A stretch of 63,948 nt of DNA, counting the filler, from Octopus bimaculoides (lineage: Eukaryota): NCBI RefSeq assembly GCF_001194135.2. It is 6 parts of 6 records of this genome, joined end to end, with 100 filler letters (N's around TTAATTAATTAA, not from the genome) between each part and the next. Parts side by side here need not be neighbours in the genome. Positions count along the whole stretch, not along the records: positions 40,737 to 47,509 come from NC_068988.1; positions 47,610 to 54,205 come from NC_068989.1; positions 54,306 to 62,190 come from NC_069005.1; 3 more parts are not named here. One strand, 5' to 3'. Positions 41,221-56,435 of this stretch are shown piece after piece; position 1 is the first letter of the stretch, and every line of letters begins with the position of its first letter. Made by a program: the position numbers and the translations under genes. The notes under the pieces were generated by a model. The model did no database searches. It was given only the letters and a program-made list of their open reading frames with translations, and was not told the DNA's origin.

Positions 41221-42849
41221 CTAGTAGTAGTAGTAGTGTTTTCCTGTGGTTGAATTTGTTGCTGCTTTGGCTGTGATCACGTGTCATGTATGCACAGTCT
41301 AATTTAAAAGAAATACATGCGTATATACACGTATACATATCTACATGCATATACATACACGCCCACACATGCACAGATATATATACATATACATATATAC
41401 ACATATATATATACACATATATACATATATNNNNNNNNNNATATATATATACACATATATACATATATACACGCACACACACACAAACACACACACACAC
41501 ACATAAATATAAGCATTTTCATTATAGTTATATTAATTAATATCGTAAAAATATTTTTTATCAGGTGATTGTAATATATGAACGTACAGTGATGAGATTG
41601 TTAATCCTGATAAAAAAAAGACATAACCTGATTTCATCTTTACAATGAAATCCAAAAGTTGGTCCGGAATGAATATAAACCGGTGAACAAGGAGAGTCAG
41701 TTGAGTTCGTTTGGATTTTTAATGTACACTTCTTTTGTCCTTCGCGCTTCTCATCCATCCCGCTGCATTCATTATCCGCACAGAACCAAATGACTTTTTG
41801 ATTACCACGGCTCAGAGATCACAGGATAGCTAGTCTGATGTTTTGACGTTTATAATGGCGGTGCTCCAGCACGGCCGCAGTCAAAATGACTGAAACGAAT
41901 AAAAGAATAAAAGAATATTTTAAGAAAACGAACAGGAATAAAATAAAAGGAAAGCATTTTATATATCATTTCAATTCAAAAGGAACTTCTGAAGAATCTC
42001 GTAGATTCAGCGCACAGAAAACGGTTAGAACATCCATCAAGACACTTTGATAGAATTGTTGTCTATTTTAACTGGAAACAAAAGTAGTGCAATATTAATT
42101 ATTCATCTATTACCAAAGATTGTAGAATTACTAAGTGGGTTTTCGCAAGCGTTTTTTCTGTGTTATTTTATGCAAAGTTTTGTATGATATATTCAAAAAG
42201 TGAGTTATGGTATGATGTTGAAAGGAATGAAAGCCACCTGATCACCTTGTAGCATGTTTGTTCATTGAACAGGTTAACGTTTTAGCATTTAGATTTTTCC
42301 ATCAAATGTAAAGCTTCTTTACATAGTTTTGAATTAATCATGCATTATTTTGTAGCTTTCCGATGTTCATGCAGAGATCGTTCATTTTTGAATAAAATTG
42401 TAGGATAGGTGTGACAGTCCGGAACTGGCTGCTTTGAACATAAAAAGGCCGGTTTAAATGCTAAAGTGTTAAGCTTACTAAATGTACATTATTTACATTA
42501 CTTACATTGAACAGATATGTGTCCTCATCATGTTGATGCCACAAAGTTTCGACTGATTTACTCTCCAGCCGGTATCTTGGTAGAATTTTGAACCCAACAC
42601 TGGGTATTTATTACTGATGTTATTATTTATTCAAGGCACTACCTGGAATCTGGAATTGAACTCGCTATCTTGAGGTTAGTAACCCAAGCTGTTAACCATT
42701 ACGCTATATGACCATGAGCATTTATAGAGTGAATTTTAGACTTTATAAACCTAATATTTTTGTATCCTTCCTTAATACCGGTTCCTATATCATAAGAGGA
42801 AGCCGGAATGATCCCTAAAAGTTAGAAACAAATGTTTTATATGTATTTC

Positions 42850-43070
42850 TTTAGTGCCCACAGGGAGCTAAACATAGAGGGGGACAAACAAGGACAAAGA
42901 GATTAAATCGTTTAAATCGACCCCAGTGCGTAACTAGTACTTATTTTATCGAATCCGAAAGGATGTAAGGCAAAGTCGACCTCGGCGGAATTTGAACTCA
43001 GAACGTAACGGCCGACGAAATACCGCTAAGAATTTCACCCGGCGTGCTAACGATTCTGCCAGCTCACCGC
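42850..43070 (-). mobile_element. SINE family B
   Basis: Reverse-complement match to family B. Other partial copies at about 14480-14620, 34790-34900, 38810-38990, 46644-46708 and 54455-54560. Confidence 0.85.
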
Positions 43071-43199
43071 ATTACGATGTTTTATATTGCGTTCAGTAAA
43101 TCTATGCGTTTAAAACGTAGTTCTATATCGTAGCAATGGTGTATTATATTTTTCGTAGCGATTAATACTTTTGAATGATGTTTGCCATTTACATCATTA

Positions 43200-45400
43200 T
43201 TGTAAATTTCTGCAAATGTTAGCTACTTTGAGGTCAAAAGATATTCCGATATAGACAGTTATTGCCAGAGGAATACAAAAGATTAACAGAAATTTTCCTC
43301 GAAGCTTCAAACATGTCATTGTTAACCCACCAATGGTTGTCTTAACAATTAGATAAAAAGCAGATATCCGAATTAACGATTCTGCTTGTGTCAGGATCAT
43401 TTACCTGGCTTTCATCACCTGACTAGTTAACATCAAAAACTTTGATTCTGTTTCTCTCGTTTGCTTGCAGTTTAATTTCAATTTGCATATTGTTAGCGAC
43501 TTGTTTTGATTCTGTCAGCACAGTGTCAAACTGAACTCGCAGTTTATGCAGATTTTCAATGACGTTTTTCAGTGTTACCCACTGCAATATCAATATTGAC
43601 ATCTCTTGCATAATACAGTGTGACAAAATGTTAACTGGAATAAACATGTGTATGAAAGAGGGCATTCATTCAAGAGCACCTCTAACTTCACTTCTGGCTT
43701 TTCGTAGACATCAAATTAAGTTTCAAAAGAAATCGCATGTCGAAATTCATATCATTGCGATTTGATGCAAATTATTTTACACAATCGCTTCAGGACAGAC
43801 CACCGGACATCTGATAAATGGCCCAATGATTGACAGCCTGTGTGCATCAGAGAAATTTCTTATTTTTTTAACGATAAAAAAAGATATTGTAGACACTTTC
43901 AGTTATTATGAAGAAAAAAGATAACTGTTTAATGCTTTCTGTTGAATGAGTGCCGCACACGTTCACTATTTTACCGCTGTATTAGAACCTTTGATGTGAA
44001 GGCACGTAACTTAGCAGTTAGGATATTTAGCTCACGATCGTAAGGTCGGGAGTTCGATTCCTGATGACGTGTTATGTCCTTGAGCAAGACACTTGATTAC
44101 ACGTTGGTCCAATCCACTCAGCTGGCAAAAATAAATAGTACCTTGTCCTATTGTACATCATACTGAATCTCACTGAGAAGTACCTTAAGGGTACACGTGA
44201 ACATTAATTTCAGGAGCTGTCTAATCCGTTGATCGGATCAACTGGAAGCTTTGTTATCGTAACCGACGGAGTGCCATTTAAAATATCATCGCTATTTTTG
44301 ACTCTTGAAAGCTTCCAAGAAAATGCCATTTTTACTTCCTAATTCCTTAATCATATTTTTAATGCCAGAGTCTGTTTTCCGTTTTCTCAGAAGTTTCCAC
44401 TACAGAGAAGTCTCTCACAATCTCTAATTTGAAAATTATATATCATAATTATTGTCTGTTCGATATGTTTAGAATCGAGTATTGCACCAATTATTATTGG
44501 ATAATAGCATTTTTGCCTTTGATCTTCCAGTGATTGTATATCTCAAAACGAGTCTGTGCGAAGATAGACGAAGAGTAATAAATTCATTTCGCGAATAAAC
44601 TCATTTCGCGATTCAGCCGCTCAATTATGTGCTTGCGACCTTTTATGGTTTCTTTGACCTTTCTTGACCTTCCCGAGTTGGGTTACAAGTGCGAGATCCC
44701 AATAAAAAGAGATTCAACTCTCACAAGTAAGTTACCATTATGAACATCGCAAATCTAACGAAATGTACCATAGAATGCTAGCCTTCACATCTGTCATCCT
44801 AAAATAAAATAGTACCAGTTAGATTGTGTAAAATATTAGTCTTGTTGGCCTTCTCTACAGCAATTTGTTGATGCAGAAAATGTCCCATTGAATTAGTTGA
44901 ATGGATTCTTTGTCTGGGCTTTCTCCATGATACATAATTCAAATTTATGTTAGTCACTACTTTTATTATGGGGGAATCTGTCACAAAATGTTCGCCATCT
45001 TTCTATGGTAGATTATTCATTCTTTCTTGTCCAAACTGATTCATTTAACTCCGTCTTTTTCCAAAGACACGACATTGTAAACAAACAATCACCAATCTCT
45101 CTCAGACCATTGTCATACCTGTGTTTGAATTTGCCAATTTAAACTGATTGAAGTTCATTTGAGACTGGAAAATATTTTCGGCGGAGGAATATGTTCTTTT
45201 TACACACGCATGTTTCACCTTTTCCTTTTATTCTTTGACTTGGTTCAGTCATTAGATATTGGTGATGTAGTGGCGGCTATTATTACTTGTACTTTTTATT
45301 TGTTTCAGACATTAGACTGCAGCCATTCTAGGGTACCGCATTGACCTTAGAGTTTAAGTCTAGTAGGTATTCTACCAGGTCCCTTTAACATATGAATATT
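43200..45400 (-). mobile_element. Decayed hAT transposase (ZMYM1-like type), interrupted by a SINE
   Basis: Collinear remnants: RDW..VCLQCRVFG, WRKPRQRIHS...QQIAVEK, LKRLC, IENLHKLRVQFDTVLTESKQVANNMQIE, RISAFYLIVKTTIGGL; many stops. Confidence 0.65.
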
Positions 45401-46708
45401 TATATCCTCTGAGATATAAATATCTCTAACTGACTTTAAATATCACGAGAGCACGAGACGGTGACTCTACGACCAAGCTGGCCCATTAAAATGACTGCTA
45501 GTCGCTTCATTAGCCGGGAACGAGTGACACTGTGTAACACGATTTTTGTCCTTATTTCCTATTTGCTTACCCCAAGAAAGTATGAAAAATGCCTAATATT
45601 TTCATCAAACATTCCTTCTGTTACATTTATCCAACCCCAAAGAATCCCTCTCAACAAATAACTACGATGCTTCCCCATTACTCCTGCGCATGACCCGAGA
45701 CATGCTCAAGTGGTTAAGATCAAGCAACTGACAGACACATTTGTGGTATTGAGCAGAATATTTCCTATAACGATATTTCTGCTTCAGCAACTCAGCGCTG
45801 AATCTGTCTGAAACGTAATGGAAAATATTTTCAATTTCAAACAGATGTCCAGGTCACAAAGGCAAAGTTTGTTAAGAATACTAATCATTTCCTCTGGTTT
45901 CTAGATACAAGCAAATAGTAAATAACACTTACTAACCAAAGAGAAGACAAAATTGTTAAACAGCGTAATGGAAGAATCGAATTTTTCCAGATTAAATATA
46001 TCAGTGACACCCATGTCATGTGATATTCAACTTTATTGAATCTTTATGGATATTCCACTTGTCCGTAAGTATTCGACTCAACGATAATAAACCCGCCAAA
46101 GACAATCACCAGATACGGCGAAAGCAATATTTGGAGCCATAAACATAGCATTTCGTCAAAATGGATTCATGAAACCTATTCTGAAGCAGGAAAAGTACGA
46201 GAGTGCACAACTATATTGATTTTGTTTAAGCCACAACTTATCTTCCTTGTTGTGAATAGAGCAAGAGAAAAAAAAACGTCATTAAACGACAGTGACTACA
46301 TTTTTTTTCATAGTGATCGTAAAAGTCTGAATCTACTAAAAATGTACATTCCTAAGTTTGTCATAGATTTTATATAAACCTATCACTGTGTAGTACACCT
46401 GTCGTTTCCACAAACACAAAGACACACACACACAAGCACAAAAGAACACACACAAAACACACACACAAAAACACACACATAAACACAAACACACACACCT
46501 ACAGACACAAGCACGCATACACATCTACACATACGCTTACATACACGGATACGCACAGAATTATGTGTCCCTGTGTTTATGAGTCTATATAGACATGTGC
46601 ACATATGTAGATCGAGAAAGACATCTGAATAGAGCCTCTCTCTAAGGCAGCGAGCAAGCAGAAACGTTAGCACGCCGGGCGAAATGCTTAGCGGTATTTC
46701 GTCTCTGT

Positions 46709-47509
46709 GAGTTTGTTAGTTACGCGTCGTACATGTGCTCGTGGTGAAAATTGCTGGTTATTAGAGTTATTATTTATAATAACTACTCTTTTATTAACTG
46801 CAATTTCTGTTAAAATTCTAACTGTTTGAGTTTTTATTTGAAAACACTAAGTGCTTGTAGAAAGCACACGTTTGTTCATTCCCCCATTGGGAGGGAAGAA
46901 TGACGTCTAGAGAAAGGCCTAACGTTGGCACAGAAATGTCTAGTGAGACGAAAAATGTGTTGTTGTCTGGCGAGGAGCCAACTACAAGTGAAAAACCAGT
47001 GAATTCCCACGAAAAAGGAATTTATAATTCCCCCGTTACCAAAGTGCACAGCAGGATGTATGAAATATTTGGAGACGTATCGGAAAGCTCGTCAGAGCTT
47101 TCACAAGAAGATTTCCCAACTTTGTCAGAAAGTATTGGGACCAAAAGGAGTATCGATGCGCCTAGCATCCAGACCGAGCAGGCGAGAAAGGAAAAAAAAA
47201 GTTTTGCGTTGGCAGCTGGGAGTCGAACCCGGCAGCTGTTGACGAATAAGTCGGACTACATAAAATATTTAAAAATGATGGAAGTGAAAGATAGCGTGGT
47301 TCAAATACAACCACCGGAGCAATTTTTGCAAGATAAAAAGCAGAAAACAATAATTTTTAAAACTTATTGTGTACAAAAAAGAAAAATCGAAAGATTTACA
47401 GAAGAGAAGATTGAACGGTGTTTCAAGGAAATATGGAGCGACATTGTGTATGTGACAAGAGGAAAGAAGTTTGGTACAGTGGAAGTAATGTTTGCCAACA
47501 AGGACATGG
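46709..47509 (+). mobile_element. Full-length 5' end of a LINE (5'UTR plus ORF1, L1/Tx1-like), truncated by scaffold end
   Basis: Uninterrupted ATG-initiated frame from 46900 to the gap (about 203 codons) with a low-complexity S/E N-terminus, KKSFALAA motif and an RRM-like start (IVYVTRGKKFGTVEVMF). No splice pattern; follows a truncated SINE head. Clade is inference. Confidence 0.55.
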
Positions 47510-48212
47510 NNNNNNNNNNNNNNNNNNNNNNNNNNNNNNNNNNNNNNNNNNNNTTAATTAATTAANNNNNNNNNNNNNNNNNNNNNNNNNNNNNNNNNNN
47601 NNNNNNNNNCATCACCAAACTACCAATTTGCTAGAAATATCAGTCAATACGTTCTACTGTCATGAAGAATGCATTGGAGAAAGAGGTCCAAGTTATAGTG
47701 TGCCTGAATATAAGACCGGATGATCATGGTTGGAATGACTTTGATCATCATAGGTCTTGCTTAATTGAGATTGACCTGAGGTTAAACCACATCACACCAT
47801 GACCACCACCACGACCACCTCAGCCATCTTAATGGCAGTTGCTAACAGGTTGCTATGGTTACTGCATAGCAAGGGAATCTCAGGAACTCCATTCCTTACA
47901 CACACACACACACACACCAACACACGCACACATACACTCTTACACACAAATACTCACACAAACACACACACATACACTCTTATACACAAATACTCACACA
48001 CGAACTCAGCACAACAGGGGCTTCCCCAATGCAGACTATACAATATTTTCTCAAACAACCTTCTGGTGTCTTACTTCACTTCGTAATTATTTCTCTCTCT
48101 ATCTCTCTCTTTCTCTCTCTCTTTCCCTCTCTCTCTTTCTCTCTCTCTCTTGTTCTCTCTCTCTCTTTCTCTCTATCTTTCTATCCATTTATCTATCTGT
48201 TTTTCTATCCAT

Positions 48213-48265
<53 letters not shown>

Positions 48266-48268
48266 CAT

Positions 48269-48301
<33 letters not shown>

Positions 48302-48505
48302 CATTTATATATATATCTATCTATCTAACTATCCATCTATCTATCTATCCATTTATCTATATATCTATCTATCTATCTTTTTTTTTTTTTTTCCTTCCTT
48401 CCCCCTCCCAAAAAGAAAAGCTCTACATTGTATTTGTCCCATCTTCGTTGAGCCCTGTGTGGCTAATAAAAGAAATGTATCTATATATCTATCTATCTAT
48501 CTTTC

Positions 48506-48539
<34 letters not shown>

Positions 48540-48716
48540 CATCTATCTATCTATCTATCCATTTATCTATATATCTATCTATCTATATATCTATCTATCT
48601 ATCTATCTATCTTAATATTCACTCTAACACATACTTTGTGTGTATATGCAAAGACTCTTTATACAACTAGGTACATAGGAACGCAAACAGATTTCGTAAT
48701 ATAAATAACTATACAT

Positions 48717-48755
<39 letters not shown>

Positions 48756-48964
48756 GGTGCATGTGTACACACGCACAGATATGCATACACATATAGGCAC
48801 CTATAGATAGATACACACACAGATGTAGTTTTTAAGTGATTTCTTTATTTACTATATCTGCATGCACAGAAATATGAGTGTACATAACTATATGCGCAAA
48901 TGTGAATACACACAAACACACATGTATTTATTTGTATGTGTGTGTATATATGTATGTGTGCATG

Positions 48965-49008
<44 letters not shown>

Positions 49009-49754
49009 ATATATATATATGTGTGTGTGTGTGTGTAGATGTGTGGATAGATAGATAATGTGTCTATTTTTAATGTAGCTTATACAAGTGTGTACATATA
49101 CATTACATAGGTAGGCGCACATATAATCATATATCTTGCATATACAAATGTATACACTCACTAATGCACACATGCACGCACACACACACACACACGCATA
49201 CACCTCAAGCATCTTAAAAAAAGCTAGAAAGGTGCTTGGGAAAAACTGCAGGATTGTATGAATGGCGGTGTAGGTGAAGAAAATGGCGGCGGCGGTGGTG
49301 GTGGTGGTGGTGGATGATGATGATGATGATGATGATAGTGAAGAGGATGATGATAATGATGAGAGTGTAGAATCCATCTAATAGTGTATCTCTACCGATA
49401 ACAACAACCACCACCACCATCATCATCATCATCAGATGATGATGATGACGGTAATAGTGGCGCTGGTGGTGGAGGCGATGGTGGTTGTAGAATGCTTCAA
49501 AAAGTTCCTTTACCATAACAACCACCACCACCACCACCATTCCATGTTATGGTGTTGTTGGTGGTGGTGGTGGTGGTAGTAAAAGAAGTGGATCTGTAAA
49601 TTTAACATCATGTTAGTATGAAGATGGTGATGATGGTGATGAAAGCAGTGGTTGTTGTTTTTTTAGCCCCAGGTCAGACTTGGTGAAACACATTTCATAG
49701 TTAAAGGCCTTCCAGTTATGACCATCATGTCTTTATTTTATTTTGTCTATTATC

Positions 49755-50148
49755 TTTCTTTTATCTTCTGCTTGTTTCAGTCATTAGACTGCAGCCATTC
49801 TGGAGCACTGCCTTGAAGAATTTAAGTCAAATAAACCAGCACCAGCAAATTTTACATTTTTTAAAGCCCGGTTCTTTTTGTATCAGACCCTTTTACTGAA
49901 CTGCTAAGTTACAGGGACATAAACACACCAACACTGGTTGTCAAGCAGTGGGGGACAAACACACACACACGTACACACATATATGACGGGCTTCTTTCAG
50001 TTTCCGTCTACCAAATCCACTCACAAGGCTTTGGTTGACCTGAGGTTATAGTAGAAGACACTTTGCCCAAGGTGCCATACAGTGGGACTGAACCCAGAAC
50101 CATGTGATTGTGAAGCAAGTTTCTTACCACACAGCCTCTCCTGTGCCT
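49755..50148 (-). mobile_element. SINE family A, full length
   Basis: Reverse-complement match to 31945-32340. Confidence 0.85.
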
Positions 50149-52639
50149 ATTTATTTATTTATTTTTTATTTTATTTTTTTTCAGATTCTGTGTTCTTTTA
50201 TGTTTTTTTTTTTAAGATGCAAGGTGTGATATGAGAGAGATTGGTTGCTGCTTCTAGCAGGTTCTCTTGTAAGCTTTTCTGTAATGAGTCTCTATCTATC
50301 TCTCTGTCTATCTGTCTCTCTGTCTGTCTGTCTCTCTGTCTGCCTGTCCCTCTCTCTCTCTCTCCATGTGTGTGTGTGTGTTTGTCTGTCAACAAAACAT
50401 GCATCAAGAGAATTAACACTGTGGCCAGTGGCAGGAATTAAGGCAACAAGGACGAATAAAAATATGGTAAATACCCAGTGATAAATTCTTTATTTATTGA
50501 GGCTGTCTTCACTTTCAAGAAAAATAAACAGACATTGAGTGGTGATTGTGGTGAAGCCTGAAAGAGAAGCTGACTGCAGTCAAGCAGTCTCAGGAATTGA
50601 CAAACCATTTAGGAAAAGACAAAGTATGTGAATTCATGTTGTATGTAATAACTTCTCTTCCACATATATCTAATATGTGTGTGTGTGTTTGTTTTTATGT
50701 CTGTTTTTTTTCCATGCTAACATGGTTTGATGGATATATAACATTGAGGCATTGTTTTAAAGCTGGATATCCTTGGTTTTCGTATAAGGGATCTCTTATT
50801 TCACATGTTTTGAAAAGTGCAGACTCAACAGGGAACTTGTTGTCTGAGAAATGACAACAACCTTTACCACTTGTAGCTCAGTTGTTTTTCATGCAAAACA
50901 TGTAGGATGTAAATATTCAAAAAAACACACAGGCACACACAGGCATACACATGCACACATACAATGTTCATACAGTTTCCCTCTACCAAGTTTACTCACA
51001 TGGTATTGGCTGGCCTGGGGTTGTAATAGAAGATGCTTGCCCAAAGTACCATGCAGTGGAACCTAACTGGAAACTACATGGTTTTGAAGTAACTCCTTAT
51101 CTCCACAACCATGCCTCTGTGTGTGTCATCATCATCACCATCATTTAATGTCCATTTTTCATGCTGACATGGGTTGGATGGTTTGACAAGAGCTGGAAAG
51201 CTGGAGGGCTGCGCCAAGATCTGTTGTCTGTTTTAGGCCCTTCCAAACACTAACTACTTTACAGAGCTTTTTTTTTTTTTGTGACACCAGCACCAGTGAA
51301 GTCACCTAGCAACTTGCAAGACAAGAAAGACACAAAGTCCCCATGACTGGCAGGCATCCTTGTGTATAAAAAAAAGATTTTCTTAAAATAAAAAATTATG
51401 AAGAATATAAAAACACAAATATGATAGAAGGAAGATTTTGTGTTAAGCTCTGCCTACATTATAAGGTGATGTGTATAGAAATAACTGTTTTTAGTAGACA
51501 TTTTCACTATTTCCAGTTTAATTTTGGTTTTAGAATCATGATAGAGTATTCTTCTTCTGTTTTTTGTAATTGATCATTTTCTTCCTTTATTTTACAAAAA
51601 AGGGATTATTCTGAATTTTTCATTTGCACAAATGTCAATAGGGGATATTTCCAATAGATGGATCATTGATTTGTTGTTTATGTACCCTAACTCAGTCCAT
51701 TTATTTTGTTCCTGTTTGGCCAATATACTTCTCGTTGTGTTGTGGACATGGGATGCAGTAAATGAGATTTTACCGAGATTTTTATTAGATGTTTTGCAAT
51801 ATAAATTGCAAAAGAAAGAAAAAATAAATGAATGTGTGTATGTATAAATATCATCATGAGCATAATTTTACTGTCCACTTCTCTATGGTTTGCATGGATC
51901 TGATGGAATTTGTTAAGGCATTTTCCCTACAACCAGAAACTATTCTTATCTCCAACCCCACTTGTTTCAAAGCAAAGTAATATTTCCATATGACCAGATG
52001 TGTTTTCGTGGAAGATCGGAAACAAATGACATTGCTTGCATTATTATAACATTCATTTACATCTGTCACAGTGTCACGACAAGGAGACACACAAGCACAC
52101 ACATACATACACACACATGTACCTGTGTTTTTATGGTTGATTTTGTTCCCTTCCACTACTTGACATCCAGTATTGGTTTGTTTACATTCCTATAACCAAG
52201 CATAAGAGACTGATAGAATAAGTATCACACTTAAAAAATGGAACTTAGATTGATCTGTTTGACTAAAAGCCATCAAAGCAGGGCCCCAGCATGTTTCAGT
52301 CCAGTGATTGAAACAAGTAAAAGATAAAAGACAATCTTTATATATTCATGCATAACTGATTTGAAGTTCAGTATTGTTGACATCTTGAGCCAGCTGTGAT
52401 TTCATATTACACTCACATTAAATCAGTTGTGAACTTCCATTCATACTTTGAGCTTGTGTTGAATAAATGCAAATTGTCCTTATAGAAACCTATGGTATTG
52501 GACAAATAACACAATTCTGTTAAAACAGAGTTATTTATCTACTCTTCAGGTGTTGAATATTCACCCTTTCAGTTTATTATTAATGTGTGTGTGTATAACC
52601 GTTTTTCCATATGTATATGTGTGTGTGTGTTTGAGATTA

Positions 52640-52700
<61 letters not shown>

Positions 52701-53429
52701 TCCTTCATTGTCACAAGGCATTTGTTTATACTTGTCTCAAAGTGGAGATAATTCCTGTAAATTAAGAATTTGTGTGTTTTATATATATAATATACTTACA
52801 CACACACACACACACATACATATTGACATATTTATGCATACTCATGTATATCTCTCTTCCTCTCTCTCTCTCTCTCTCTCTCTCTGTCTGATGCACGTCT
52901 CTCCAACAAGTGTCTCTCTCTCTCTCTCTTCTCTTTCATAAACTTGTATCTCTCATCATCTCCCCCTCTTTCTCTCCACCTCCCTCACCCCTCTCCTCTG
53001 TCCCTTTCTATCATGTATCACTTATTTCCATCACATCTCATTTTTCACTTCACCTCCCACCCTCCCTTTTCCTTCTCAACTCCCCCATCCACTCCCCACC
53101 CTTCTCTCTCTCTCTCTTCTCATGTTCCCTTCTCTTCTGAACCCCCCTTCCTAGCACACCACCACCGCCACCACCACACTGTTTAATGCACATGTATACA
53201 TGCATTAAGTCAAACACTACACACATACAAACACAGACACACACTCACACATACATATATTTGTACACACAGACAAACATACACATGCATGTACAGTTAC
53301 ATGCACACATGCATGCGCTGTCACACATTAAGTGAAACACTAGTGATGCACACACATGACATGCATGCATACACACATGACATGCACATGCATACGCATA
53401 CTGCATCTCAGTCTGTTGTGAGTCAGTAG

Positions 53430-53463
<34 letters not shown>

Positions 53464-53785
53464 GTACACACGCATACACACATGCACATATAAATGCATA
53501 CACACACACACACACACACACATGTATATTTAGTGTGTGTGAGTTTGTATAAACATAGGCTGCCACTCCCATGGTATACACAGGCGTACACACTTAGTCA
53601 ACCAGATACACACCACTATCACCACCACCACCACCACCACCACCATCACTACTACAGACAATACTACACACACACACACAAAGACTACCACTTCTACTGC
53701 AGTTACTACAGTCAGTACTATACACCATCTCTACAGTTAGTCTTACTATTGCTGCTGCTGCTACTACAACACATACACAAACTTA

Positions 53786-53822
<37 letters not shown>

Positions 53823-53904
53823 TGCTCACACGTATAGAATGCACTGACAGTCTCCAACAGACAACAACATGGGAAGGTTCGTTATCTTGTTTTGCTTACT
53901 GTTC

Positions 53905-53939
<35 letters not shown>

Positions 53940-54305
53940 ATGTATGTATGTACGTATATATTTGTATGTATGGCTCTGTCTGTCTGTCTGTCTGTGTCAG
54001 TTTATCTATCTTTCTATCCCTCTATCTATCTATCTATGTTTGTCTGTCTATCTATCTACTGTCTGTCTCTCTATGTATATATATATATATGTGCGTGTGT
54101 GTGTGTGTACATATATGTGTATGTATATATATGTATATATATATATGTATATATATATATGTATGTATATATGTATATATATATATATGTATGTATATAT
54201 GTATANNNNNNNNNNNNNNNNNNNNNNNNNNNNNNNNNNNNNNNNNNNNTTAATTAATTAANNNNNNNNNNNNNNNNNNNNNNNNNNNNNNNNNNNNNNN
54301 NNNNN

Positions 54306-54343
<38 letters not shown>

Positions 54344-54414
54344 TATATCTATCTGTCTATCTATCTAGCCTCTGCCTTCAAAATTTCAGGACTTGTGCCT
54401 ATGGTAGATAGAGC

Positions 54415-54456
<42 letters not shown>

Positions 54457-54746
54457 GGCAGTGAGCTGGCAGAATCTTGAGCACTTTATGTTCTATAGTT
54501 TTGTCCATTTATGTCGGTCAGTTGTGGAGAGGGTCGACGTTTGTCATTGTCCCTCTGTGATTGATAATATCTATATCAGTCATGTACAGTGGTGGTGGTG
54601 GTCATGGAGGGAGGGGGAAGAGAGGCAGCGGGATACAATCGGCTACACTATATAGTACCTGCCCGCGCTCTTCTCCACCACCTGCACATTTATGGCCTTG
54701 CGTCAATATGTGAGATCATCATCATCATCATCATAATCATTGTGAT

Positions 54747-54962
54747 TAAGGCGGTGAGCTGGCGGAATCGTTAGCATGCCGGGCAAAATGCTTAGCAGTA
54801 CTTCATCCGTCTTCACGTTCTGAGTTCAAATTCTGCCGAGGTCGACTTTGCCTTTCATCCTTTCAGGATCGATAAAATAAGTACCAGTTATGCACTGGGT
54901 CGATGTAATCGACTCATTCCCTCCCCTCAAGTTTGGTACCCTTGTGGCAAAATTTGAAACCA
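54747..54962 (+). mobile_element. tRNA-headed SINE family B, full length
   Basis: GGCGGTGAGCTGGCGGAATCGTTAGC head, GCCGAGGTCGACTTTGCCTTTCATCC body, ends GAAACC(ATT)n. Confidence 0.85.
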
Positions 54963-55649
54963 TTATTATTATTATTATAATTCCTTGTAAAGAATTGCAA
55001 CAACAGCCACAATAATAGTGATGTTGATGATGATGATGATGATAAAAATTCGATCTTTAATTTCTAATGATATTGCTACCAATTTCAGCTGTTTGTAACG
55101 AGATATGAAGAAGAAATGGTTATATATGAAATTGTGAGAAAAAAAAGAAATAAAAAAAATATGTATATTTAACTTGGATTTGTTGGTTTGTTTTATTTTG
55201 TTTGATTACTTTGTCGTTGTTTTTGTTTAGCATTTATTCACTTCCATGGAAGACTGGAAACAAAGGACACTGCTTGCTTGACAGTGACATTCGTTTACAA
55301 TTATCACACAAACACACCTGAACTTAAGCCAAAGATTTTTCCAATTTCCTGTTTTAATATGTAATAGCATCTACAAATATACTTTGGAGTTCTGGAATAT
55401 GCATATGTGCTTCATGAGGATGAATATTTAGATAATACTATTCTTACACCTGATGCGTACATGTTGTCCTTATGACGAGATATTCCAACCCATGCTGGAG
55501 AGATTGTTGTTTCAACTTGGAAAATTTACTAGCTTCGGTAATAGAATTACAGAAACAGCAACAACAGCAGTTGTTGGAATTGCAGAAGCAACAGCAACTT
55601 TCATAAAAATGGTCATTAACCAGATCTATCGAGGGTAGATGCAGTTAAA

Positions 55650-56432
55650 AATATGCCCCCTCCGACAAATATATCTGCCTTACAAGCTTCTTTGGGACTA
55701 TTATCAAATTTATATACCAAATATAGACGAGGTAATAGCTCCACTAAATAATCTATTAAATAAGGATGTAAAGTGGAATTGGTCTGAAAATTGTCAGAAG
55801 GCATTTGACAAAATAAAAGGTATTAACATCTGGTTTGTCTTTAGCACGTTTTGATCCTATGGTGGAGATTATAGTAGCTTCAGATGCTAGCGAGTACAGT
55901 ATCAGGGCAGTAATGCTACACAAATGTTATTGTTGGCACTCCGTCGCTTACAACGTCGAGGGTTCCAGTTGATCCGATCAACGGAACAGCCTGCTCGTGA
56001 AATTAACGTGCAAGTGGCTGAGCACTCCACAGACACGTGTACCCTTAACGTAGTTCTCAGGGATATTCAGCGTGACACAGTGTGACAAGACTGGCCCCTT
56101 TGAATTACAGGCACAACAGAAACAGGAAGAAAGAGTGAGAGAAAGTTGTGGTGGAAGAGTACAGCAGGGTTCGCCACCACCCCCTGCCGGAGCCTCGTGG
56201 AGCTTTAGGTGTTTTCATTCAATAAACACTCACAACGCCCGGTCTGGGAATCGAAACCGCGATCCTATGACTGCGAGTCCGCTGCCCTAACCACTGGGCC
56301 ATTGCGCCTCCACCCAATGCTACACAAAGACAAAGATGGTAACATGAAGGTTGTCTCATGTTTGCTACTACTGGCAGAAAAAAATTACAGTCAAATTGAA
56401 AAAGAGGCTCTAGCGACTATTTTTGCCATGCA
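55650..56432 (+). mobile_element. Ty3/gypsy pol fragment (RT thumb to RNase H), split by a SINE
   Basis: PPPTNISALQA, APLNNLLNKDVKWNWSENCQKAFDKIK, IIVASDASEY, AEKNYSQIEKEALA. Confidence 0.9.
55925..56315 (-). mobile_element. tRNA-headed SINE family D, full length with TSD
   Basis: 13-bp TSD AATGCTACACAAA (55912-55924, 56316-56328); head TGGAGGCGCAATGGCCCAGTGGTTAGG...TTCGATTCCC. Related copies at 19497-19745 (-) and 43996-44276 (+). Confidence 0.9.
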
Positions 56433-56435
56433 GAC

